Source: Candidatus Saccharimonadota bacterium (GTDB lineage Bacteria > Patescibacteriota > Gracilibacteria > BD1-5 > UBA6164). Taken from it: a stretch of 32,000 bases of DNA. The notes below the pieces were generated by a model. The model made no database searches and was not told the DNA's origin. It was given only the letters and a program-made list of their open reading frames with translations. Numbering within the stretch: position 1 is the stretch's first letter; the number at the start of each line of letters is the position of its first letter. A program made the translations under genes and the position numbers. Location of the stretch: the NCBI GenBank assembly GCA_965227835.1, contig OZ245768.1, positions 870,001 through 902,000 on the forward strand. The letters are read 5' to 3'. Of this stretch, positions 9,185 through 18,780 are shown piece after piece.

Positions 9185-9648
9185 TATTAGATAAAGGTCT
9201 GAATGCAAATAACTTACTGTACAAATGGCTAAAGACTTCTGCCTAAAGGGTGTAATGGTAATATGAGACAAATGGCTAAAGCCATCTGTTGAAATGAATA
9301 TAATAATTTTTGGTTAATTTGCAATTAAGTTTTATTTTGCAAAAATCTTACTATGCAAATGGCTAAATGCAAATATTGTTAATTGAGCAAAGGATTGAAT
9401 ACAAATATTGTTAATGGGCAAAGGGCTGAATATAAATATTGTTAATGGGCAAAGGGCTAAAGCCCTCTGTTGAAGGGAAACAATAGATTTAAAAATAATT
9501 TATAGAGTAAAATTTATTTTATTATTCTCTACTCTGTAATAGTAATTTATATTCTATTCCTTCTGTTCTATTCCCCTCTCCTCTAAGGAGAGGGGTTGGG
9601 GGTGAGGTTACCTCGGAGAGGATTAGGGTGAGGTTTGTTCAGATCAAA
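9185..9648 (+). repeat. Composite non-coding repeat, copy 2 (same orientation as copy 1)
   Basis: Contains hairpin units at 9272-9285 (atggc-taaa-gccat) and 9453-9466 (agggc-taaa-gccct). Three tandem ~31-bp units lie at 9371-9477 (aaatattgttaatgggcaaagggctgaatat...). The GC-rich hairpin cccctctcc-tctaa-ggagagggg lies at 9573-9595 and is followed by ttgggggtgagg ... ggagaggattagggtgagg. Confidence 0.85.
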
Positions 9649-9649
9649 A

Positions 9650-10054
9650 CTAGGTAAGAAATTTTTCTAAACTAGAACTTATCTCTTTTCATATTAAATG
9701 TTCTATCTTACAAGCATTTATAACAGCATCTTTTTCACTAACACCAAGTTTCTCTATAAAAAACTTTACAAATAAATCTCTATTTTTTTTAGTTTGGGCA
9801 ACTATTTCTTCTCAATATCTTGTAAGTTTTATAAATTTATTCTCATCCTCTTCTATCAATCACTTTTTTATTAAAGACTTTATTCATATAGAACAACTCC
9901 CAGGAGTAATATCTAGTTTTTTAGATATATCAACAGCTCTGGAATATCAATTTGATTTCAATAATTCCTCAACAGTAAAGAGATAATGTGTGGCTGAATG
10001 AGTTACCTCATTACCCTCAAACTCTTTCCAAACTGAACTTTGATCATAAACCAT
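9650..10054 (-). CDS. DtxR/MntR-family metal-dependent transcriptional repressor
   Basis: 134 aa: MVYDQSSVWKEFEGNEVTHSATHYLFTVEELLKSNGYSRAVDISKKLDITPGSCSIGIKSLIKKGLIEEDENKFIKLTRYGEEIVAQTKKNRDLFVKFFIEKLGVSEKDAVINACKIEHLIGKEI... This matches the DtxR N-terminal wHTH plus dimerisation layout (HYL..I.EL...GY.R..DI...L.....S....K.L...GL......LT..G.........FL...LGV....A...AC..EH). Ends in TAG. Confidence 0.8.
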
Positions 10055-10312
10055 AATATATCTTTATATTTAATATTTTGTACTATTTTAATAAAATATA
10101 TTATATATCAAAAGATTTTAATTATTTAAAAAACAATAAAAAAATCTTCATTTATATAATAATTGAAGACTTTTTAGTAGATTTTAGTAAGTAGTATTCT
10201 TATATATATATTTTAAGGAAATATTTGAGAATTAATTCAAAATAAAATGTAAATTTTTCAATCAATATTTGATACTTAAATCATACTATTCTTTAGAAAA
10301 AGCTGATAATCC

Positions 10313-12073
10313 TTATGCTAAACCATCATAATAATCTAAAACTATCTTTTTTGTATAATTAATAATTTCTGATGATTGCCTAGGAGATAAATCATCAAGA
10401 TTTAAAAGAGATTTAATTTCACTCACAACCATACGAACAAAAACATCTTTATTTTCTTTGTCTACTTCTTGATTATCTTTCATAAATTCATAAATCTTAC
10501 TCTTTAAAAATCTATAAATAAATTTCTGAGAATGAGGGTAAAACAGTTTTCTATTCTTACGACTATACACTTGGATACCCTCAAAGGTATTAATAAAATC
10601 TAGTTCTTTTAAATGTTCTATATATACCTTTTCTCTTAATATATTTATATCTTCTGAACTGAATCAATAAACATTAACAAGTTTATTTTGTATCTCTCTT
10701 ATACATTGAGAATAATTTTTATTACTTTCTCCCACATCAATACTACAATAACCCACATAGTCAGAGCATAGAGAATATATTTCACTAAGTGTTGTTAGAA
10801 CTGATAAATCATTGTCTTTTAAAATATTTGGTTTATCAATTTTTGTTTTTTTAAGCCTATGTTTATTTGAATTATAAGATACTTTAAAATAAATCTTTCA
10901 TCAACTAAAAAAAGCATTTAAGGTGATATCTCATGAATCACATAGATATTGAAAAAATTCTTTAGAATGCAAAAGAGAGTTAAGATTACTTTCAAATTCA
11001 GATTTAAATACTCTTACAAGTTCTCTTGCTCATTTTTCTCTTGAATATCATAAATCTATAATATGTTTGTACAAACTATTATCTAAAGAAAGATTTACCC
11101 TAGATTCTTTATAAAACTTTTTTAAAGCATCATTAATATCTGAAACTTGAATTTCAAGTATTTTTCTACATTCGCTTAGTCAAATATTATCAAAAATTAT
11201 TACATCATCCAACCTTCAAATAAATTCAGGAGAAAATTTGGTCTTCATACTATCATTAAATATCTTCTCAGATACTGATTTTATATCTCCTACATTATCT
11301 TGAACAAATCAAATAGGAGGAGTATACAAAGATTTATTTATTTCTGATTGTCATATATTGGAAGTAAAAAAAATTATTGAGTTAGCTAAAGAAGTAGTTT
11401 TCCCTGAAGGAAAATCTATTTTACCCTCATCTATAACACTCAACAAACTTTGAATAACAACAGGACTAGCTTTTTCTATCTCATCAAAAAGTATTATATT
11501 AAAATTATCCAGCTTTTTTACACAATCATGCAAACTTCATTTTCTTTTTGCCTTTTCATAAGGTTTAAATAATTTTCTAGCAGAAAAAGGTGTATCGTCT
11601 TTATATCACACATATCCTTTGGGTGATCAAAAAACATTGGATAATGTATGATCTTCAGTATAAGTCTCACAAGCTATTTTTGTAATACTTTCCCTATCTC
11701 AAAAAATAGCTTGTGCCAAAGCTTTGGGTATTTCCGTTTTTCAAACTCATGTAGGTCAGACTAAAAATAGAACTGAAATTGGTCATCTTCTTGGTCTAAT
11801 TGATAAAATACTATTTATTATTGAATCTAGTATTTTATGTTTTGCCTCATTTTGACCAATTACAATTTTATCCAAAGAATTTAATAAGTCTATTTTATGA
11901 TGATTAATGCTAGGAGCCTCTAATATTTCATAAGCTCTTTTTTTAAATCATTTTACTGGTCTTTCTGTAGAATTTATATAACTAGATATTCTTTTTTCTA
12001 CAGGTTGAGAAGAGTCACTTGAATTAAAATCACTTACAATCTTTCTAAGATTTGATTTATCTCAACTTCACAT
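10313..12073 (-). CDS. Stand-alone ClpA/ClpB D2-like AAA+ ATPase (AAA_2) with a ~200-aa uncharacterised C-terminal extension
   Basis: 586 aa with TGA=Gly: ...LDKIVIGQNEAKHKILDSIINSILSIRPRRGPISVLFLVGPTGVGKTEIPKALAQAIFGD...GSPKGYVGY...IILFDEIEKASPVVIQSLLSVIDEGKIDFPSGKTTSLANSIIFFTSNIG...FSPEFIGRLDDVIIFDNI...GYSREKGARELVRVF. All three glycines of the Walker A GPTGVGKT are TGA. No N-domain, D1 or ClpP-loop was seen. Ends in TAA. Confidence 0.85.
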
Positions 12074-12253
12074 CTTTAATATTTATAAATAAATTTAAAA
12101 TTTGTCACCTTATATTAATAGGATATTTACATAAGTCAATTAGAAAAAATAATATTTTTTTACAATTTTACAAAAAGTTTTATATATTTTAGGGAAACCT
12201 TGAAGAATTCTAAACAAGATTTTAGATTTATTTGAAAAAATAAAAAATAATCT

Positions 12254-14287
12254 ATGAAACAAATAATAAAAGAAATTAAAAATCCTAAAATAAATGATTT
12301 TGAGTTTTTATTTTCCGAAAAGAATTTAAAAAAATCTACAGATATATTAAAATGACTGCTTGATAAAGAAAAAAAAAGATTTAAAGAAAAAATAAAAAAC
12401 TTTAAAGATGGAACTAAACCAAGTTTTGAGACCTTTCAAGATGATAGCATTTTAGATATATATTGGTCGTATTTAAATCATTTAAAATGAGTATATGACA
12501 CAAAACAAATAAGAGATATAATAGATGATTTTGAACCCTATATAATAGAATTTTCAAACGAAGTAGCATACAATAAAACTTATTATGAAATGCTTAAATC
12601 ATGTATAGAAGATTGTAATTTAAATGATGAACAGAAAAAAATAATAGAAGAAAGTATAAAGTATTATGAAGCTAGATGAATTAATTTAGAAAAATCTAAA
12701 CAATCCAGATTAAAAAAAATAAAAGGAAAACTAACAAAACTTTCAAACAGATTTTCTAATAATCTACTTGATAGTCAAAAAGAATTTTTATATCATATAG
12801 AAACAAAAAAAACTTTGGAAGAACTACCAGAAGAGATATTGGAACAAACAGGGAAAAAAGCAAAAGAACAGTGAAAGGAATGATATATTTTTACTTCAAA
12901 CCCTTCTGAATATATAGCAATTATGAAATATTGTTCAGATGGTAATATAAGAAAAGATTTTTACGAAAAAAAGCATAGTTTTGCTTCAAATTGAAAATAT
13001 GACAATAGAAAAATTGTTCTTGAAATACTTAAACTAAGAGAAGAAAAAGCAAATATTTTGTGATATAAAAATTATGCCGAGCTATCTCTTGAATTTAAAA
13101 TGGCAAAAAGCCCCGAAGAGATAGTTAATTTGTTTGAAAATATCAATAAAAAAGCCAGAATAAAAGCAAAAAAAGAAATAAAAGAGTTAAAAAGATATTT
13201 TAATTTATCAAATTTACAAGACTGGGATTTAAGCTACTACTTTAGAAAATACAAAGAAGAAAACTATAAAATAAACGAAAAAGAAATAAAAGAATTTTTT
13301 GAATTTGAGAAAGTACTCTTGTGATTACATCAAATCGTTTACAAACTATATTGACTTGAATTTAAAGTGAAAAAACAAGAATCTCAATTATTAGATAAAG
13401 AAAATAAAATATTTTGAGATGTAAGGTTTTATGAGGTTTACAAAGATTGAAGATTAATATCTTATTACATATTAGATCCTTTTTACAGAGCAGAAAAGAG
13501 ATCTTGAGCCTGGGCTGATAATATTAGAGATAAATATAAATGAAGAATACCAATAATTGTAAATGTCTGTAACTTTAACCCACCTTGATTTGTGGATTGA
13601 TCAAAAGAAAAAATATCTCTTATGAGTATTTTAGATGTAGAGACATTATTTCACGAATTTGGTCATGCTATACACGAGATAAGTAGTAAAAGTTATTATA
13701 CTGAATTGACTTGATTTGATGTAGAATGGGACTTTATAGAGGTACCTTCACAGTTTTTAGAACACTATACAGGGGAAAAAGAATCTTTAGATATATTTGC
13801 TCTAAACTATAAAAATGGTAAAAAAATACCTAAAAATATTTTAGATTCTTTGAAAAAATCAAAAAACCTTTGAAGCTGAAATTTTGTGCTAAGACAAAAT
13901 GAGTTTTGATTTCTTGATATTATTCTTCATTCCAAAAAAGCACCTGAGAATATAAAAAAACTAGATGAAATAACATTAAATATAGCTAACAAGTATGGGA
14001 TAAATAAAAAAGAAGAAAACTATAAAATGTATGCTTGATTTTCCCATATATTTGCTTGATGATATGCATCAGGATATTATTCATATATGTGGGCTGAAAT
14101 AATAGAGTTAGATATATGGAGTGAATTTAAGAAAAATTGAATTTTTGATAAAAAAACAGGAAAAAAGTTTTTTGATACCATACTTTCAGCTTGAAGTTAC
14201 AAAAAAGCTCCAGATATGTTTTTTGATTTTATGTGAAGAGAACCAAATATAGAAGCTTTTATAAAAGATAAAGGTTTTGGGGTATAA
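12254..14287 (+). CDS. M3-family zinc metallopeptidase (oligopeptidase A / dipeptidyl carboxypeptidase-like)
   Basis: 677 aa with TGA=Gly. HEFGH zinc motif at 13652-13666 in the context ETLFHEFGHAIHEISSKSYYTELTGFDVEWDFIEVPSQFLEHY. The C-terminal part reads ...[27 protein letters not shown], typical of M3A. The standard-code fragment 13100-13324 is in the same frame. Confidence 0.85.
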
Positions 14288-14370
14288 AGATTTTCAAAAT
14301 AAAAATGGGAAAACATAAATAGTTTTTAAAATATTTTATTTCATAATCTAACAAATATATATGCAACAAA

Positions 14371-15024
14371 TTATTCAAATGTTTTAGGGTTACCTCAATC
14401 AACTATTTTACTTTGTTGAGAATGCAATATTAAAGGAGTATGAACCAAATTTAAAGGAAATTGAGAAATTTTATGTTTAGGAAAAATATAAATACCAGGA
14501 TTAAAATGAGTCTTTCTCATAATCTTTTGAACCATATCTAGAAAATGAGTTTTGTAATCTAGTTCTTTTTCTCAAATCAATAAAGCCCCCATAAAATTTC
14601 ATTTCTCATTTAAATCTTTATAAGAATTTATAAATTTTTCAATATTCACACTAGGTAAGTACAAATCTGTTGGCAAAATAACAAGATGAGTATTTCTATC
14701 ATTCATACAATATCCTGTTAGTATATGTCATAATTGGGTTGAAAAGTAACTTAGTAATTTTCATGCTATATCTGTTTCTCTCGTAAAACTAGGAAGCTTT
14801 TGTTCCACAATATTTGGAATATCAAAAAATTCCTCACATCTTCCTTTAGGGATAATTACCTTTGAATCAAAACCTGGAATCCTATGTTCAAGAATTTCAT
14901 CTAAAAATGTTTTTTCTATACCTGGAATTTTCAATCTACATTTAAAATTAACTCATTTTTCTTGGCAAATATTTTTAACTCTTGAACCTTTCCCTCAAGC
15001 AAGAAATAACATTTCAAATTTCAT
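14371..15024 (-). CDS. Small nucleotidyltransferase (NTP_transferase / MobA-like fold, N-terminal LAGGxGxR motif)
   Basis: 217 aa: MKFEMLFLAGGKGSRVKNICQEKGVNFKCRLKIPGIEKTFLDEILEH... The motif LFLAGGKGSR (GG encoded by TGA TGA) is the sugar-phosphate/nucleotide nucleotidyltransferase signature. The rest is not recognisable by eye. Ends in TAA. Confidence 0.6.
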
Positions 15025-15191
15025 AATAATTTCAATTATTTAATCTTTTTTAGAATTTTTCCATTCTTCATGATTTTTTAACATTTGGGGAGATATTTTA
15101 AGTATTTCTTGTTTTTTGGAGTCAACCAATCACAAGGAATAATATCACATAGAATGTTTTTTATCATTAGAACCATATACATGGCAAAGAG

Positions 15192-17204
15192 TTAAGTTAA
15201 GTTTAGTTTAGATGAAATTAGTTCTAATAATTGTTCACTTGTTTTTATAGAATCAGATATATTAATTCATTTCACTCACAAGAAATTTGTATTTCTGTCT
15301 TCAAGTATTTTTCATATTTTTTCATTGGTGTCAGTTGCTATTGCATCCCATAATCTATACCAACGATTTTTTATTTTGATTATTTCACCATATTTTTCAA
15401 ACAAACTAAATAAATTATTGAAAAAATCTCCACCTTTTTGTTTTATTATTTGAGAATTACCAAAAACATATAAATGTTCCTGTGCTCTTGAAATAGCTAC
15501 ATTAATCCTTTCTTCTTTTTCTAAAAATCCTATTTTACCATATTTATTACTCCTTGTAAGAGATAGCAAAATAACCTTTCTTTCATCTCATTGAAATGAA
15601 TCTACAGTAGCCACACATTTTAACCAATTTTCTTGGTCTCACCTAAAAAGTTTTATTTTTTTAATTTCTGATTTTATCAGACCTACCTGTGATTTATATG
15701 TCGCAATTATAGCTATATCTCAAGGTTTATAACCTTTGCTAATAAGTTGAGATAATTTTTTGCATATAAGCTGTGCCTCAAGTTTATTGCTATAGGAAGT
15801 TTGATTTCTAGTTTCCCAAATCTTATCTAACAAGGAATAATCATACCAAATAACTTCTCAATCTTTCATATATTCTCATGGTTTCATTTTTCATCCATAT
15901 GTAAGCTTTGAAACAATCTGAGTAATATTTTTAGAAGAACGATAATTAGTATCAAGAAATACATAAGGAAAAGGAGTATCTTTGATGACATTATTTTTTT
16001 TGTATTTATCAAGAACCGTAGTAAAAAAGCTATTACTTAATTTTTCTTGGTTTCTGTTAACATTACCAAGCTGTCTTGGATCTCCACAAAACACAATCTG
16101 TTTTTCAGCAAGTCATAAAGACATTATTAAATCTTCTTCATGCATTCTAGTAGCTTCATCAATAACAACTATATCAAAATTTTTTATTTGATTTATATAT
16201 CATCATAGTGTTCAAAAGGTTCATGCTACCAAGACACCTTCATTTATTTTTTTTATTTTATCATCTCTGCTTGAACTAAAAAAGTTTATTCATAATTCAT
16301 CTTGTTCCAAACTATACTTATCATCATTAAAATTTGATTTATTACTTAAGCTAGAAGGAGATAATTCATAGCGTCCATAAATTTGATCCAGCTCAGATTT
16401 TACAAAATTAATCTCTTTGGAATAGTGAGAAGATTTTCTCTGTTGAGTAGATTTAAACTCTGTTATAGGAAGTAAAGAATATGGAATTTCATTATGAGTT
16501 TTACTTGAAACTAAAACACTTTTCACATCTTCTAGTCTATCTACAATTTTATCAAGTGTTACCCATACTCATTTATTAGAATGAGATAAAAGAAGTATTC
16601 TTTTACCTTCCTTAGCATTTTTTAATAAAAATTCAGAGATTAGGCTAGACTTACCAGTTCAAGGTCATCAATGAAGAAATACAAAAGGATTATTAGTGTA
16701 ATCCTTTGAAATTGATAAAAAATCTAGTTGAGATTTGTTGAAAGATATATCCGAGTCATATGTATTAATTTCTTTTTTGAAATGTTTTGTAAAATTTCAC
16801 TTTGATAAAAATTTAAGTGGACTTCAATCAATAAATTTTGTTCTATCATATTTAGTTTTTATACCTTCTAGGTAAGGTGAATAATTTAGATTTTCTACTA
16901 AGATATAATTATTTTTAGATAAAAGTAAATCCATCCATTCATATTTATTATGAAGTGGTCAAAATATTTTAAACTCTGGTACTCCACCAAATAATAGTCC
17001 AAACATAGTAATTATGAAATATTCTCAATAATCTCATTCTGATATACAGTCGCTCATATCATTTATATCACGAAATGGTCATATTAATTCATAAGGTTCT
17101 GTATTAAGTGAAATATTATTGCATAGTCTTCTATATTGAGTTTTTACATTATCAATAATTGTTGAATCATTTTGATTTAGATTATTTATTTGATTTATAT
17201 TCAT
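15192..17204 (-). CDS. Superfamily 1B (Upf1/DNA2-like, AAA_11/AAA_12) helicase with an uncharacterised ~190-aa N-terminal region
   Basis: 670 aa with TGA=Gly. Walker A FVFLHGGPGTGKSSLI (G G P G = TGA TGA CCT TGA). Walker B / motif II FDIVVIDEATRM. ...VFCGDPRQLGNV..., ...TNYRSSKNI..., ATVDSFQGDERKVILLSLTRSNKYGKIGFLEKEERINVAISRAQEHLYVFGN. The apparent stop at 15312 is TGA; the frame continues to TAA 15192-15194. The three standard-code fragments share the frame. Confidence 0.85.
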
Positions 17205-17237
17205 ATAATTATTATTGAGACAAAAATTTATATTTAA

Positions 17238-17530
17238 AGTTTAATAGAGAATTTTATAGGAATGAGTGATAGAGAGCAAGCTCTCTATCACTCATTTACG
17301 GAACCATACAAGTATGATAGTTTTACCTATATTTTATCCATAGAGGCCTGTGAAACCTCATTCCTCACTTTTTAGTTATAACAGAGGCCCGATCTAAGAA
17401 ATGTTTGGATTTCTTGTTTTTATGACATTTGTCAAAATTCCTAATAAGGCAGGTTTTCGTACTATCAAGGCTCTTATAGCCACTACTTCCCTTTCTTTTC
17501 AGAACAAACAAGATTTTTAACATTTCCAAA
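17238..17530. ncRNA. Candidate structured non-coding RNA or long structured 5' leader (class not recognised)
   Basis: GC-enriched island in an AT-rich spacer with no open frame in any phase. It contains a perfect 17-bp-stem palindrome at 17261-17296 (aatgagtgatagagagc-aa-gctctctatcactcatt). An alternative partner ctcattcc (17357-17364) exists for ggaatgag (17259-17266). Further hairpins: aagaaat-gtttgg-atttctt (17396-17415) and ggct-cttat-agcc (17469-17481). AGAGGCC is duplicated at 17342 and 17383. A leftward promoter-like module at 17587-17614 would transcribe it on the minus strand towards the helicase. Confidence 0.35.
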
Positions 17531-17586
17531 TTGAATTATATTGTGATAAATATATATTCAACAAATAAAATGGAAATGTTAGAAGT

Positions 17587-17614
17587 ATTTTACTCTGTTT
17601 TTTATAAAAGTCAA
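17587..17614 (-). promoter_or_regulatory. Candidate leftward sigma70-type promoter (towards the structured island and helicase)
   Basis: On the minus strand: TTGACT (17614-17609), 16-nt spacer, TAAAAT (17592-17587). It lies inside the left arm of the inverted repeat. Confidence 0.45.
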
Positions 17615-17862
17615 AAAATTTCAAAACTCCCGAGTTTTTATAAAAAGTATTCTTATCTTTTACTTTAAATAAGAAGATATTGAACTATTTTTAGTGTTTT
17701 ATCTTTTGTGTTTTATAAATGACTTATTTAAACTAATTTTATCTTTATAAAATTTAATCAATATAAAAACTCTGTTTTTACTTATATAAAGGTAAAAAAT
17801 AAACTATAAAGCATAAAAACTCGGGAGTTTTGAGAAAAAATAATTTGACTTTTATAAAATAA
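17600..17862. repeat. ~45-bp inverted repeat pair enclosing ~170 bp of AT-rich DNA
   Basis: Left arm: TTTTATAAAAGTCAAAaaatttCAAAACTCCCGAGTTTTTAT (17600-17641). Right arm, reverse complement of 17813-17859: TTTTATAAAAGTCAAAttattttttctCAAAACTCCCGAGTTTTTAT. Each arm contains a small palindrome AAAACTC-CC/GG-GAGTTTT. Confidence 0.8.
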
Positions 17863-17872
17863 TCAATATAAT
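17845..17872 (+). promoter_or_regulatory. Candidate rightward sigma70-type promoter for the Nudix gene
   Basis: TTGACT (17845-17850), 16-nt spacer, TATAAT (17867-17872), ~30 nt upstream of ATG 17904. It lies inside the right arm of the inverted repeat. Confidence 0.55.
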
Positions 17873-17903
17873 GACAATACTTTAATTATTAATTTTTATA
17901 AAT

Positions 17904-18749
17904 ATGAGTGTAGATAAATTACATAGCTCTTGATCTAACAAAAGTGAAACTTTAGTAGATTGAGAAACAAACTCTAAAGTTTTAGACATATTAATGGTAC
18001 AAACAAAGGCTAGAAAAACCAAAGAGGAATCTTATCCAAACAGATTTGAAGTTCCAGATGATAAAGCTTCATGGGGTTCAAAATTTGAATGATATTATCC
18101 AGGTTATTTTGAACATGGAGATTTAACAAAGTTTGATTGTACAAGATCAACATGATGATGGGCAGATCCAAGAGATATTAGTAAAGTTGATTTTACTAAA
18201 AGAGATAGTAATTACGGAGAAATAAAATTTGATGAGAAATGATATCCTTTAAATCCTATGGGTCGTACAGGCCTTAAAAGTAGAGGTATGCTTGGGAAAT
18301 GGGGACCTAATCATTCGGCAGATCCAATAATATTAAGAGAAACACCAAATGGAATGGAATTATTATGTATATTAAGAAGTAATTGAGAATGGGCTATACC
18401 ATGAGGTATGATAGATAATTTTGAAGAACCTATGACAGCTGCGTTAAGAGAACTTTGAGAAGAAGCATTAGGAAAAGGATTTGATAAGTCTATATTTACA
18501 AAAAATATGACTACAGTATATAAATGATGAGTAGATGATCCTCGTAATACGGATAATGCTTGGATGGAAACTCATGCTTATGCAACCATATTGAATAATG
18601 AAGAATCTAGATCGCTAAAACTAGAAGCTGGTGATGATGCTAAAGATGTTAAATGGATGGCTTTAACAGAAGAGAATATAGAAAGCTTATATGCAAGCCA
18701 CGGAGAACTTGTAAAAAAAGCTATGGTAGTTTTGGGTATAAATAGGTAG
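17904..18749 (+). CDS. Nudix hydrolase, NUDT9-like ADP-ribose pyrophosphatase
   Basis: 281 aa with TGA=Gly: ...[37 protein letters not shown]...[28 protein letters not shown]...[16 protein letters not shown]... The GRTG..GRG.LG.WGPNH.ADPI block and the Nudix box G.....E.......REL.EE..G are as in NUDT9-type enzymes. Fragment 18564-18749 is in frame. Ends in TAG. Confidence 0.8.
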
Positions 18750-18780
18750 AATAGATAAGTTAGTAAAAATATTTCTCTTA

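Noticed and set aside
9371-9477. CRISPR array, because of short tandem ~31-bp repeats (also loosely around 7500-7600)
   Set aside because: The units abut one another without unique spacers and there are only three copies. No cas genes are present in the window, and the units are part of the larger composite repeat.
17238-17530. Assigning the structured island to RNase P RNA, tmRNA, SRP RNA or a tRNA
   Set aside because: By eye neither strand contains GAGGAAAGTCC / ACAGAAC..GGCTTA (RNase P), a tRNA-like acceptor/T-arm with GGGGCUGA start (tmRNA), the GGAAGCAGC helix-8 motif (SRP) or a cloverleaf. It is left unclassified pending a covariance-model search.
17600-17862. Calling the IR-bounded segment a phase-variable invertible promoter
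   Set aside because: The promoter-like hexamers lie in the repeat arms themselves and already face outwards in both directions. No site-specific recombinase gene is nearby. It is reported only as a geometry worth checking.
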